Of a DNA stretch of 64,000 nt, positions 8,962-18,520 are shown piece after piece. The notes below the pieces were generated by a model that searched no databases, was not told the origin of the DNA, and was given only the letters and a program-made list of their open reading frames with translations. Origin of the DNA: Clostridia bacterium (GTDB taxonomy: Bacteria; Bacillota; Clostridia; Oscillospirales; UBA644); contig WHHJ01000003.1 of the NCBI GenBank assembly GCA_014872655.1, positions 863-64,862 on the forward strand, read 5' to 3'. Position 1 is the first letter of the stretch. Every line of letters starts with the position of its first letter. A program made the position numbers and the translations under genes.

Positions 8962-9540
8962 GTGAGACTGATTTTGGCTTCTTCCTCGCCACGCAGACGA
9001 GATATTCTTCGGCAGGTGGGGCTTGATTTTGAAGTCATAGTTCCCGATGTGGATGAATCTGGGATTTCCGGAATTCCGGAAGAAACGGTTCGGCAACTTG
9101 CCCGATTAAAGGCGAAGGCCGTGTTTGATATGATTCGTGATTCGGATAGCTTAATTTTAAGTGCAGATACTGTGGTTAGTATCGACGGCTTGATTTTGAA
9201 CAAACCGGCAGACGAGCAAGATGCCTTTCGAATGTTGCGTTTATTGAGTGGCAGAGAACATGAGGTTTGTACCGGAGTGTGTTTGGTTCGGTCTTCAGCT
9301 TCTGGTGTGTTTTGTCCTCGGGTGGAATCCGTTAAAACTTCAGTTTCCTTTTTGCCTGTAACAGAGGATCAGATTTGGTCTTATATTCGGACGGGAGAGC
9401 CGATGGACAAGGCGGGCGCCTATGGTATTCAAGGGCGCGGGGCGCTGTTTGTGGATCGACTGAATGGCGATTATTATAATGTGGTGGGACTACCGGTGTC
9501 TCAAGTGGCCCGGATGATTGAGAAGGAGAAAAATGGGTAA
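8962..9540 (+). CDS. maf: Maf-family nucleoside triphosphate pyrophosphatase (septum formation protein)
   Basis: The GTG start sits behind AGGTGAG. The N-terminus MRLILASSSPRRRDIL and the C-terminal AGAYGIQG motif are typical of Maf. Confidence 0.9.
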   Translation: MRLILASSSPRRRDILRQVGLDFEVIVPDVDESGISGIPEETVRQLARLKAKAVFDMIRDSDSLILSADTVVSIDGLILNKPADEQDAFRMLRLLSGREHEVCTGVCLVRSSASGVFCPRVESVKTSVSFLPVTEDQIWSYIRTGEPMDKAGAYGIQGRGALFVDRLNGDYYNVVGLPVSQVARMIEKEKNG

Positions 9541-10558
9541 GATATTCGGAATCAGAAGACGCAATGTTTTAGGTATTTCCTTAGGCAGTTGCAACACGTA
9601 TATATATAAGCGGGGCAAAGGGGTGATCTTGGGCGAACCATCTTTTGTTGCTTCGGATACCTTTACCGAGCGAGATCTTGCGTTTGGTGTTAAGGCAAAA
9701 AATATGCGAGGACGAGCTCCTGATACAATTACGGTAACCTGCCCGATAAGAAACGGGACGATTGCTGATTTTAAAAAGACCGTAGACATGTTAAGCAATT
9801 ATGTCGGCCGAGTGGTTCGTAATCGGTGGGGGCTGGAAATGATTGTGTCGGTTCCCGCGGCGGCAACCGTGGTGGAGCGTAAGGCCGTGCGGGACGCTGC
9901 ACGGGCTGCATATGGCAGTTATGTCGAATTGATGGACGAGCCGATTGCTGCGGCATTAGGTTGCGGGTTAGATGTGCTTTCGCATCAAGGGTTCATGATT
10001 GTGGATATCGGAGGCGGAAAAACGGAGATTTCCGTGATTGCTTCCGGACAAATTGTTCGGTTTTTATCGCTGTCACAGTGCGGAAATGTATTTGATCGTG
10101 ATATTATTTCATATGTGCGGAGAAACTATAATATTTTAATCGGCGAAAGTACAGCAGAAGAAGTAAAATGTTCTTTGGGTTCTGTGGTAGATAGTAATTC
10201 GATTGATTTTGTGACCTTAAATGGCCGTGATGTTGTGCAGGGGTTGCCGGTTAGCTTTGTATTGTCTTCGGTAGATGTTCGGGACGCGATTGCAGACAGT
10301 GTGAAGGCAATCTCAGAAGGAATTCTTTCTGTATTGGAGAAATTGCCCACGGAATTAAACAGTGACGTCATCGCCAATAAAATTCATCTGGTCGGTGGCG
10401 GGGCCTTATTAAAGGGATTTGCTGAGCGTATTTTGGCCGATACTGGGGTAGAAGCTGTTGTCGCAGACAATCCTTTAGAGTGCGTTGCGGTCGGAGCCGG
10501 GCATGGTGTGAATATATTAAATAAATTGCAAGAACGGCAGCGCCGCAGTTTGGAATAG
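9533..10558 (+). CDS. mreB: MreB-like actin homologue (divergent nucleotide-binding motifs)
   Basis: The ATG at 9533 overlaps the maf stop. The protein is MreB-like throughout (EPSFVA, DEPIAAALG, VDIGGGKTE, LVGGGALL), but the phosphate-1 motif reads ISLGSCNT instead of DLGTANT. Confidence 0.8.
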   Translation: MGKIFGIRRRNVLGISLGSCNTYIYKRGKGVILGEPSFVASDTFTERDLAFGVKAKNMRGRAPDTITVTCPIRNGTIADFKKTVDMLSNYVGRVVRNRWGLEMIVSVPAAATVVERKAVRDAARAAYGSYVELMDEPIAAALGCGLDVLSHQGFMIVDIGGGKTEISVIASGQIVRFLSLSQCGNVFDRDIISYVRRNYNILIGESTAEEVKCSLGSVVDSNSIDFVTLNGRDVVQGLPVSFVLSSVDVRDAIADSVKAISEGILSVLEKLPTELNSDVIANKIHLVGGGALLKGFAERILADTGVEAVVADNPLECVAVGAGHGVNILNKLQERQRRSLE

Positions 10559-10560
10559 GG

Positions 10561-11433
10561 GTGATTGACATAAAAGGAGAAGGACGTGGGTTCTTTAAAG
10601 GGCGTTTCTTTAAAGCAATCATTTTTATCGTGATTTTTCTTATCGGGTTTATGACCAGTTTATTCTTTGGCAGTGCCACGCCGGCAGATAAAAGTTTTAT
10701 CGGTTTGGTCGCTACCCCCTTTCAGTCTGTTGGTGCTAAAGTGAGGGGTGCCTTTCAGGGATTTTTTGATACTTTTACATCTTATCAGGCATTGGAGCAG
10801 GAAAATGAACAGCTTCGTGTCCAAGTTGCACAGCTGCAAAGTCAATTGCAGGAAAATTATTATTTGGAGTCGGAGAATGACCGACTCAGAAGATTGCTTT
10901 CTTTGCAGGAAGAATATCCGGAATTTGAGTTTGCCGATGCCGATGTAGTAAGCCGTTCTACAGATGGTTGGTCTTCTTCGATGACGTTAAATGTCGGAAC
11001 GAATCAGGGAGTTCAGAAGAAGAATATTGTGGTCACGCCGGATGGGTTAGTTGGAATTGTGTCCGATGTTGGATTAAATTGGGCGACGGTTACAACGATT
11101 ATTGATGTCCAAATTGGTGTTGGCGCCATGATTGAAAGCACGCACGACATTGGTATGATTGAAGGGACGACGGCTCTGAAATCTGATGGATTGTGTCAGT
11201 TGTCTTATATCGATAATAATGTTTCGATCAGCCGCGGAGATATTGTAAAAACTTCCGGTTTGGGTGGTACGTATCCAAAGGATCTTACTATCGGAACGAT
11301 TGTGGATGTGGTAACCGAAGAGCATGGCCTATCCATGTATGCAGTGGTACAACCCAGTGTAGATATTCAATCTGTGAAACGGGTATACGTGATAACCAAT
11401 TTCGATAACGAAGGGATTTTAGATGAAAACTAA
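10561..11433 (+). CDS. mreC: rod shape-determining protein MreC
   Basis: The protein has an N-terminal TM, a coiled-coil (LEQENEQLRVQVAQLQSQL) and a beta-rich C-terminal domain. It sits between mreB and mreD. The start is GTG and is uncertain. Confidence 0.8.
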   Translation: MIDIKGEGRGFFKGRFFKAIIFIVIFLIGFMTSLFFGSATPADKSFIGLVATPFQSVGAKVRGAFQGFFDTFTSYQALEQENEQLRVQVAQLQSQLQENYYLESENDRLRRLLSLQEEYPEFEFADADVVSRSTDGWSSSMTLNVGTNQGVQKKNIVVTPDGLVGIVSDVGLNWATVTTIIDVQIGVGAMIESTHDIGMIEGTTALKSDGLCQLSYIDNNVSISRGDIVKTSGLGGTYPKDLTIGTIVDVVTEEHGLSMYAVVQPSVDIQSVKRVYVITNFDNEGILDEN

Positions 11434-11959
11434 AGGTTCCGCGATGAGACCGTTTTTGTATGCGGTTTTGTTTTTGATTTTATTTTTATTCGAGTTTGTT
11501 TTTACGCCGATTCGGATCTTAGGGATTTGTCCTCAGTATTTATTGTGCGGTGTTGTTTGTTTGGCACTGTGTGAGAATGAAAAATACGCTGCTTTGTTTG
11601 GCTTGATCTTCGGGTTGTTGGCCGATTTTGCCGGAGGTGCGGAGTGGTTTGGTATCACCCCTATTTTCTTTGTGTTGATTAGTTATATAGTGGGGTATCT
11701 GAAATATCGGTTTTGGCGATGCAGTTTATGGAATAGTCTGATTGCTGTTTCGATCTCGGTCTTTGTGCGTGATATCGTGACGATGCTGGTGCTTTTGCTT
11801 CGATACGATACGCAGACGATTCATATTCCAGGAGCTTTGTTAAAAATTGTTTTGCCTAAACTTTTGATGACTGTTGTGGCGGACGTTATCTTATATTTTA
11901 TAATCAAAAAGATTTCTGTCAATAAAAAGTGGAGACGATATGATGAAATATATTACTAA
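11423..11959 (+). CDS. mreD: rod shape-determining protein MreD
   Basis: This is a 178-aa polytopic membrane protein. It overlaps the mreC stop and the PBP2 start, which is the canonical position for mreD. Confidence 0.7.
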   Translation: MKTKGSAMRPFLYAVLFLILFLFEFVFTPIRILGICPQYLLCGVVCLALCENEKYAALFGLIFGLLADFAGGAEWFGITPIFFVLISYIVGYLKYRFWRCSLWNSLIAVSISVFVRDIVTMLVLLLRYDTQTIHIPGALLKIVLPKLLMTVVADVILYFIIKKISVNKKWRRYDEIYY

Positions 11960-13961
11960 GCGTCGACTGGCTTTTGTGGTGGTCGTTTTGTTTGTGGTGA
12001 TTGCGCTGTTTATTGTTCGCCTGGTAAAGCTACAGTTGATTGACGGAGAAAAGTACTATGCGCAGTCGCAGTCTTCCGTGGTGTCGACTACCGTTGTCAA
12101 AGCACCTCGCGGTGATATCTTAGACCGGAATTGTCAGCCGATTGTTTGTAGTACAAAAGCAACGTCTGTAGTTCTCAATTTAACGTATATTTCCGATATC
12201 AATGAAACGGTTCAGAAAATGATTCGGCTGTTTGAATCTATTGAAGAACCTTATATCGATACGTTTCCGATTGCGATGAATGCAGATGGCTTGTATTTTT
12301 TGGAAGATGGATACGATCAAAATGCTTCTTTTAAATCTTATTTGGAAGGGAAAAAATTAAGCTTAACCAATTCGGCGCAGGAAATTGTTGATCGGTTGTG
12401 TGAAGTTTATAAATTAGATGCGCAAGATCGCGCTGAGGCGTTGAAAATCATTGGCGTTCGATATGAGATCGAGATGCGCAGTGTAAATTCTTTTTATACT
12501 TTTGCCGAAGATGTCAGCGTTGAAGCTGCTACGGCCGTTAAAGAAAACAGTTCACAATTGATTGGTGTTTATCTTGAAGTGCAGCCGGTCAGAGAATATA
12601 CCGAGGAATATTTTGCTTCCCATATTATCGGAACAGTTGGTCGAATTTATGCAGACGAATATGAAACCCTGAAAAGTCAGGGATATGCAATGGACGATAT
12701 TGTCGGAAAAGACGGTATTGAAAAAGTTTGTGAGAATTATCTGCGAGGAACCAACGGGTCTAAAAACACGATTTTGGATGTGACTGGAAATGTGGTGGAC
12801 GTCATTGAAGATGTCCCCGCACAGGCCGGGAACGATGTGATATTGACGATTGATAAAGATGCGCAGATGATTTTGGAGCAGGAGCTTAAAACGCTTTTAG
12901 AAAATTGTCGTAAGCAAAATGGTGAGGCGATTTCTGCTACAGCGGTGTTTATGGATGTGAATACCGGCGAAATTTTAGCTATGGAAAGTTATCCGACATA
13001 TAATCTTGCAACGTATAATGCGGACTTTGCGGCTTTAAGTAAAGACGAAAGCAAACCATTGGTTAATCGTGCCATTTCAGGTTTATTTCCTCCAGGTTCT
13101 ACGTTTAAAATGGTTACGGCTACTGCAGGTTTAGAGTCGGGAGTGATTTCCCGGTGGTCAACGCAGTATTGTACTGGTCGATATACGTATTATGCAGATT
13201 ATCAGCCAACAGATTTCCATTCTAATGCACATAAAGAAGTGACTGTTGTTTCTGCTTTGATGCAATCTTGTAACTACTTTTTCTTTGATACCGGTCGGGT
13301 AATGGGCATTGATACACTCAATCAGTATGGTAAATTATATGGATTTGGCCAAAAAACGGGCATTGAGCTTCCCGGAGAAGCCAGTGGTATCCTTGCTGGA
13401 GCAGAATATCGACAGAGCATTGGCAAAGAATGGAATGCCGGCGAAACGTTATTGGCAGCTGTTGGACAAAGTGATAATGCGGCCACCCCGTTGCAGTTAG
13501 CTAATTATGTAGCGTCTATTGCAAATAATGGAAAATCGTTTACTCCCCATATTATCAAGAGCGTACGAGATAAGGAGACCGGCGAGACTGTTTTTGAAAC
13601 AGAGATTGCATATCGGGAATTGGGAATATCTCAAAGCACATTAGATACCTTACATCAGGGGATGATTGCTGTTGCAAATGAGCCGAAGGGAACTGCGTAT
13701 TCGGCTTTTAAAGATTTTGATACGGTTCAGGTTGCGATCAAAACCGGTACTGCAGAGGTAACTACAGGGGTTCCGGACTCTCTGCTTGTTGGATATGCAC
13801 CGGCGCAAGATCCTCAAATTGCTTTTTCGGTTGTCGTAGAACGTGGTGGCACGGGAACAACATCTTTTAATGCGCAGTTGGTAAAATCTGTATTAAAATA
13901 TTATTTTTCAGAGCAGAACGCGTTTGATTCCATTGATTCAGATAATACATTACTGAGCTGA
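11940..13961 (+). CDS. mrdA: penicillin-binding protein 2 (class B transpeptidase)
   Basis: The 673-aa ORF has an N-terminal TM, the active-site motif PPGSTFKM (SxxK), and a KTGTAE (KTG) motif. Confidence 0.85.
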   Translation: MMKYITKRRLAFVVVVLFVVIALFIVRLVKLQLIDGEKYYAQSQSSVVSTTVVKAPRGDILDRNCQPIVCSTKATSVVLNLTYISDINETVQKMIRLFESIEEPYIDTFPIAMNADGLYFLEDGYDQNASFKSYLEGKKLSLTNSAQEIVDRLCEVYKLDAQDRAEALKIIGVRYEIEMRSVNSFYTFAEDVSVEAATAVKENSSQLIGVYLEVQPVREYTEEYFASHIIGTVGRIYADEYETLKSQGYAMDDIVGKDGIEKVCENYLRGTNGSKNTILDVTGNVVDVIEDVPAQAGNDVILTIDKDAQMILEQELKTLLENCRKQNGEAISATAVFMDVNTGEILAMESYPTYNLATYNADFAALSKDESKPLVNRAISGLFPPGSTFKMVTATAGLESGVISRWSTQYCTGRYTYYADYQPTDFHSNAHKEVTVVSALMQSCNYFFFDTGRVMGIDTLNQYGKLYGFGQKTGIELPGEASGILAGAEYRQSIGKEWNAGETLLAAVGQSDNAATPLQLANYVASIANNGKSFTPHIIKSVRDKETGETVFETEIAYRELGISQSTLDTLHQGMIAVANEPKGTAYSAFKDFDTVQVAIKTGTAEVTTGVPDSLLVGYAPAQDPQIAFSVVVERGGTGTTSFNAQLVKSVLKYYFSEQNAFDSIDSDNTLLS

Positions 13962-13973
13962 ACGGAGGACAAA

Positions 13974-14780
13974 ATGGAAAAGGTTTGGTTGTTTGCTTCC
14001 GGCAAGGGCGGCGTAGGGAAAACAACGGTTTGTTCCAATGTGGCCGTTTGTCTTGCCCGGCGCGGCAGACGCGTATTGGTAATTGATGCAGATATCTATC
14101 TGCGCAACACCGATATCGTTTTAGGATTGTCTGATATTGCTTTATTTGATGTTCAAGATGTCTATGAGCAATATGGGCAACTTCTTCTGTTTGAGCAGGA
14201 AAATGGTTTGCGTGCATCTCGTCCGCCTGTGGTGGATGCTCAAAAACAGATTGTGCAGCATCCCACATATCCCAATCTTTATTTTTTAGCAGCGCCTGCT
14301 GTATTGCGTGTAAAACAAGAGTTGTTGTATGCGTTTATTCTTCAGTTTGCTCGTTCGCAGGCGAATGTGTTTGACTATGTGTTGATTGATTGCCCTGCCG
14401 GGTTGTATGCGTTGACGGAGCATTTGGCGGATCGGCATGTAGGGGTATTAATTGTTACCACTCCGGAATTGCCGGCAATCCGAGATGCCGATCGGGTTCG
14501 TGAGGTCGTTGGCCAACGCGGAGTTCGGACATGTCGATTGATTGTAAATCGAGTTATTCCACGTTTGATTCGTCGAAAGAAAGCTCCTAATATTGATCGG
14601 ATTATCGATTCCATTGGCGCGCAGTTGATTGGACTGGTTCCGGAAGTTCGAGATGCAGGAGCTTGTACATATAAAGGGCGTATGTTATCAGAGAATATAC
14701 ACGGGGACGAATATTATGCATTTTGTAATATTGCTGCTCGTATCGAGGGTGAAGATGTCCCGCTTTACCGGTTTTGGTAA
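13974..14780 (+). CDS. minD: MinD/ParA-family ATPase (MinD-like, lacks the C-terminal membrane-targeting helix)
   Basis: It has the deviant Walker A SGKGGVGKTT, plus DCPAG, VTTPELPAIRDADR and NIAARIEGEDVPL. The protein ends 4 aa after GEDVPL. Confidence 0.75.
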   Translation: MEKVWLFASGKGGVGKTTVCSNVAVCLARRGRRVLVIDADIYLRNTDIVLGLSDIALFDVQDVYEQYGQLLLFEQENGLRASRPPVVDAQKQIVQHPTYPNLYFLAAPAVLRVKQELLYAFILQFARSQANVFDYVLIDCPAGLYALTEHLADRHVGVLIVTTPELPAIRDADRVREVVGQRGVRTCRLIVNRVIPRLIRRKKAPNIDRIIDSIGAQLIGLVPEVRDAGACTYKGRMLSENIHGDEYYAFCNIAARIEGEDVPLYRFW

Positions 14781-14823
14781 CCGTGTGTTATATAAAAAAT
14801 GAAGTTTAACAGGAGGTTATGAT

Positions 14824-15246
14824 ATGAATATTGCGTTTATTGCACATGATAAGAAAAAGGAATTGATGGTACAGTTTTGTATCGCGTATTGCGGGATTCT
14901 TTCTAAACATAAACTTTGTGCTACGGCCGGAACCGGGAAAGCCATTGCCGAGGTTACAGGACTGGATATTTATCGTTTTATGAGCGGGGATTGCGGCGGC
15001 AATCAACAGGTTGCTTCAAGAATTTCTTATGACGAAATTGATTTGCTTTTGTTTTTCCGGGATTCTGCAACGCCGAAACCGACGCGGTTTGATGAAATTG
15101 ATTTGTTAAGACTTTGCGATATGCATAATATTCCGGTCGCAACGAATATTGCCACGGCAGAAATTCTGGTCCGTGCCTTGGAACGGGGAGATTTGGATTG
15201 GCGCGAAATTTATCATGCCAATGCCAAACGGGCAGAGTTGTTTTAA
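14824..15246 (+). CDS. mgsA: methylglyoxal synthase
   Basis: The 140-aa ORF begins MNIAFIAHDKKKELMVQF and has a typical MgsA length. Confidence 0.9.
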   Translation: MNIAFIAHDKKKELMVQFCIAYCGILSKHKLCATAGTGKAIAEVTGLDIYRFMSGDCGGNQQVASRISYDEIDLLLFFRDSATPKPTRFDEIDLLRLCDMHNIPVATNIATAEILVRALERGDLDWREIYHANAKRAELF

Positions 15247-15284
15247 TTTTGACGAATGAATAGAGAACAGATAGGGGCATAGGT

Positions 15285-16598
15285 ATGCAAAAAAAGGTTC
15301 AGCCGAGAATTCTTCCCGGCTTTATGGAGTTATTGCCGCAGGATCAGATTGTATTTAATCAGATGTATGACACGATTCGTCGTGTTTATGAGCGGTTTGG
15401 ATTTTTGCCGTTAGATACACCGGTCATTGAGTTTTCGGACGTATTGTTGGCAAAAGCCGGAGGAGAAACGGAGAAGCAGATTTATCGGTTTCAGAAAGGC
15501 GATACCGATCTGTCGCTGCGGTTTGATTTAACGGTGCCGTTGGCGCGGTATGTTGCGCAGCGTTATAATGATCTGGTTTTTCCGTTTAAACGTTATCAGA
15601 TGAGCAAAGTTTTTCGGGGTGAGCGTCCGCAAAAAGGTCGGTTTCGTGAGTTTTATCAATGTGATATTGATATTATCGGCAACGAGAAGTTGGATTTGTA
15701 TTATGATGCCGAAATGCCGGCCGTTATTTACCATGTTTTTAAAGAGTTGAATATCGGAGATTTTACAATTCGGCTGAATAATCGAAAAATTTTAAACGGC
15801 TTTTTCGCCCAGCTGGGGCTATCGGAACGCGCGGGTGATATTTTGCGTGTGATTGATAAATTGGAAAAAATCGGTGCACAGGCTGTTTCTGAAGAATTGC
15901 TTGATCTTGGCGTTTCGGAGTCCGGTATCGAGCAAATATTGAACTTCGTGATGTTAAACGGGTCGAATACTGAGATTTTAACACAGCTTCAGAGCCTTTC
16001 GGATGATGTTGTCTTTGCTGAAGGGGTTGCGGAATTGCAAACTGTGATTACCGCTTTGGGTCAGTTTGGGATTCCTGAACAAAATTATAAGATTGATTTG
16101 ACCATTGCACGGGGGCTGGATTATTATACCGGTACCGTATATGAGACCATGCTCAACGATTATCCGAAGTTGGGCAGTATTTGTTCCGGCGGCCGGTACG
16201 ATAATCTGACCGGATATTATACGGATCAGCATTTGCCGGGAATCGGCATTTCTATCGGATTGACTCGTCTTTATTTTCAGCTGCGTGAAGCGGGTATTTT
16301 GCCTTCGGGCGGTAAAAAGAGTTTGACTCAAGTGCTGGTTGTGGCTTTAGACCGTGAACAGGTTCCGTATGCTTTACGGGTGGCAGGCGTTTTGCGTGAT
16401 GCCAATATTGTTACGGATATTTATTTTTCTGACAAAGGCATGAAACAAAAAATGAAATATGCCGATCGGTCTGGCATTCCGTACGCTGCCATTATCGGTA
16501 CCGATGAAGCAGCTGCAGGAACCGTTATGCTGAAAAATATGCAGACCGGAGAACAACAGGCGATCGATATCGATTCGATTGCGCAGGCTGTTCGGTAA
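15285..16598 (+). CDS. hisS: histidine--tRNA ligase
   Basis: The 437-aa ORF shows class II motifs (LRFDLTVPLARY, FRGERPQKGRFREFYQCD, GGRYDNL). Confidence 0.92.
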   Translation: MQKKVQPRILPGFMELLPQDQIVFNQMYDTIRRVYERFGFLPLDTPVIEFSDVLLAKAGGETEKQIYRFQKGDTDLSLRFDLTVPLARYVAQRYNDLVFPFKRYQMSKVFRGERPQKGRFREFYQCDIDIIGNEKLDLYYDAEMPAVIYHVFKELNIGDFTIRLNNRKILNGFFAQLGLSERAGDILRVIDKLEKIGAQAVSEELLDLGVSESGIEQILNFVMLNGSNTEILTQLQSLSDDVVFAEGVAELQTVITALGQFGIPEQNYKIDLTIARGLDYYTGTVYETMLNDYPKLGSICSGGRYDNLTGYYTDQHLPGIGISIGLTRLYFQLREAGILPSGGKKSLTQVLVVALDREQVPYALRVAGVLRDANIVTDIYFSDKGMKQKMKYADRSGIPYAAIIGTDEAAAGTVMLKNMQTGEQQAIDIDSIAQAVR

Positions 16599-16687
16599 TC
16601 GTTGATAAAAAGGAATTCATAAAGTTTTGACATAATTTTTTTGTGAAATAAGGGAAAACATATTGTATAATAAAAGGAGTAATATCA

Positions 16688-18499
16688 ATGCAGAAGTTTG
16701 AAACGCTGATACATAAAAGAACCGATTATTGCACTCGTTTTGGCCCCTCTGATATCGGACGTGAAATTACGGTGTGCGGCTGGGTGCAGCGCCGTCGTGT
16801 GTTGGGCGGTCTGATTTTTGTGGATTTGCGTGACCGAACCGGAATTTTGCAGTTGAATTTTGATGCTGCCAGAGATCAGGAATTGTTTGATAAAGCGTAC
16901 ACGCTGCGCTCTGAGGACTGCATTTGCGCAACCGGAATTGTTTGTGGCCGCGGAGAGGGTGCGGTGAATCCGGATATGGTAACCGGAGAGATTGAGCTTG
17001 CTGTTGCCGAATTGCAGATTTTATCTAAATCGCAAACACCGCCTTTTGAGATTGCAGAAAATTCAACGGTTAATGAAGAACTGCGATTGAAATACCGGTA
17101 TCTGGACCTTCGTCGTCCGGACGCACAGGCTCCTATTTTGTTGCGTTCCAAGCTTGCTTCGATTGCAAGAAATTATTTCTTAAATAACGATTTTATTGAA
17201 ATCGAAACGCCGAATTTGATTCGGTCCACGCCGGAGGGCGCACGGGACTATTTGGTTCCCAGCCGAGTTCATGCCGGCAAATTTTATGCGTTGCCCCAAT
17301 CTCCTCAGCTTTATAAACAGTTATTGATGGTTGCCGGATTTGACCGATATATGCAGATTGCGCGCTGTTTCCGGGATGAGGATTTGCGTGCCGACCGTCA
17401 GCCGGAATTTACGCAGATTGACTTGGAAATGTCTTTTGTAGATGTAGATGACGTCATTAGTATGAATGAGGGCTTCATTCAGACAGCGTTCCGTGAATTG
17501 CTTGGCATTGAGTTGCCGTTGCCGTTGCCTCGTCTTACTTATGCCGAGGCGATGCGTCGATTTGGTTCAGATAAGCCGGATACTCGTTTCGGATATGAGT
17601 TAAACGACGTGTCTGAGGTTGTAAAAGATTTCGGATTTAAGGTATTTCATGATGCTGTCGAAAACGGCGGAAGCGTGCGAGCAATTGTTATTGAAAACAG
17701 TGCGGATCAGTTCCCTCGTCGTGAGATTGACGCTTTGACGGAGTTTGTTAAAACTTATCGGGCAAAAGGCCTTGCTTGGCTGAAGATGGGAGAGCAGATG
17801 ACCTCCAGCTTTGCCAAATTTTTATCTGAAGCGGAATTGGATGCGCTGTGTCAGGCTTTGCAGTTGAAGCAGGGTGATGTTGCTTTCTTTGTTGCCGATC
17901 GCGATTCTGTAGTGTTTGATGCATTGGGAGCATTGCGCTGCCATATTGCTAAAAAATTAAATCAGATTCCCAATGATCCCAGCAAGCCGCTGGATATGTA
18001 CCACCTTTTGTGGGTTACGGAATTTCCGTTGTTGGAATATGATGAGGAAGAGCAGCGGTATGTGGCCAAGCATCATCCGTTTACCTCGCCTATGTTTGAA
18101 GATATCGAGTTGTTGGATACGCAGCCGGGAAAAGTCCGTGCCAAGGCATACGACTTAGTTATCAATGGTATGGAAGCCGGAGGCGGTTCGATTCGAATTT
18201 ATAATTCGGAATTGCAGGAGAAAATGTTTGAGACGCTTGGCTTTACAAAAGAAAGCGCGGAAGAACAGTTCGGCTTTTTGATCAATGCTTTCCGGTATGG
18301 CGTTCCTCCTCACGGCGGTATGGCGTATGGGTTTGACCGTTTAGCCATGATTTTTGCAGGAAGAAACAGTATTAAGGACGTTATCGCTTTTCCGAAAGTG
18401 CAAAATGCATCGGATTTGATGTCAAGTTGTCCGGATATTGTGGACGAAAAACAGCTGCGTGAATTGCATATTGGCGTCACGCAAACAGAGACGGAATAA
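16688..18499 (+). CDS. aspS: aspartate--tRNA ligase
   Basis: The 603-aa ORF shows FVDLRDRTG, QSPQLYKQLLM, FRDEDLRADRQPEFTQID and GGGSIRI. Confidence 0.92.
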   Translation: MQKFETLIHKRTDYCTRFGPSDIGREITVCGWVQRRRVLGGLIFVDLRDRTGILQLNFDAARDQELFDKAYTLRSEDCICATGIVCGRGEGAVNPDMVTGEIELAVAELQILSKSQTPPFEIAENSTVNEELRLKYRYLDLRRPDAQAPILLRSKLASIARNYFLNNDFIEIETPNLIRSTPEGARDYLVPSRVHAGKFYALPQSPQLYKQLLMVAGFDRYMQIARCFRDEDLRADRQPEFTQIDLEMSFVDVDDVISMNEGFIQTAFRELLGIELPLPLPRLTYAEAMRRFGSDKPDTRFGYELNDVSEVVKDFGFKVFHDAVENGGSVRAIVIENSADQFPRREIDALTEFVKTYRAKGLAWLKMGEQMTSSFAKFLSEAELDALCQALQLKQGDVAFFVADRDSVVFDALGALRCHIAKKLNQIPNDPSKPLDMYHLLWVTEFPLLEYDEEEQRYVAKHHPFTSPMFEDIELLDTQPGKVRAKAYDLVINGMEAGGGSIRIYNSELQEKMFETLGFTKESAEEQFGFLINAFRYGVPPHGGMAYGFDRLAMIFAGRNSIKDVIAFPKVQNASDLMSSCPDIVDEKQLRELHIGVTQTETE

Positions 18500-18520
18500 A
18501 AAGATAAGGTAGGTTGTATC

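Noticed and set aside
14760-14823. Possible frameshifted MinD membrane-targeting helix in the +1 frame after the stop (RFTGFGNRVLYKK)
   Set aside because: The peptide is short and not convincingly amphipathic, and the idea cannot be supported without read data. It is kept only as a check under the MinD finding.
16599-16687. Search for T-box leaders, or an attenuator, upstream of aspS, hisS (15247-15284) and thrS (23308-23341)
   Set aside because: The spacers are only 88, 38 and 34 nt, which is too short for a T-box of about 200 nt or more. No specifier or antiterminator hairpins are visible.
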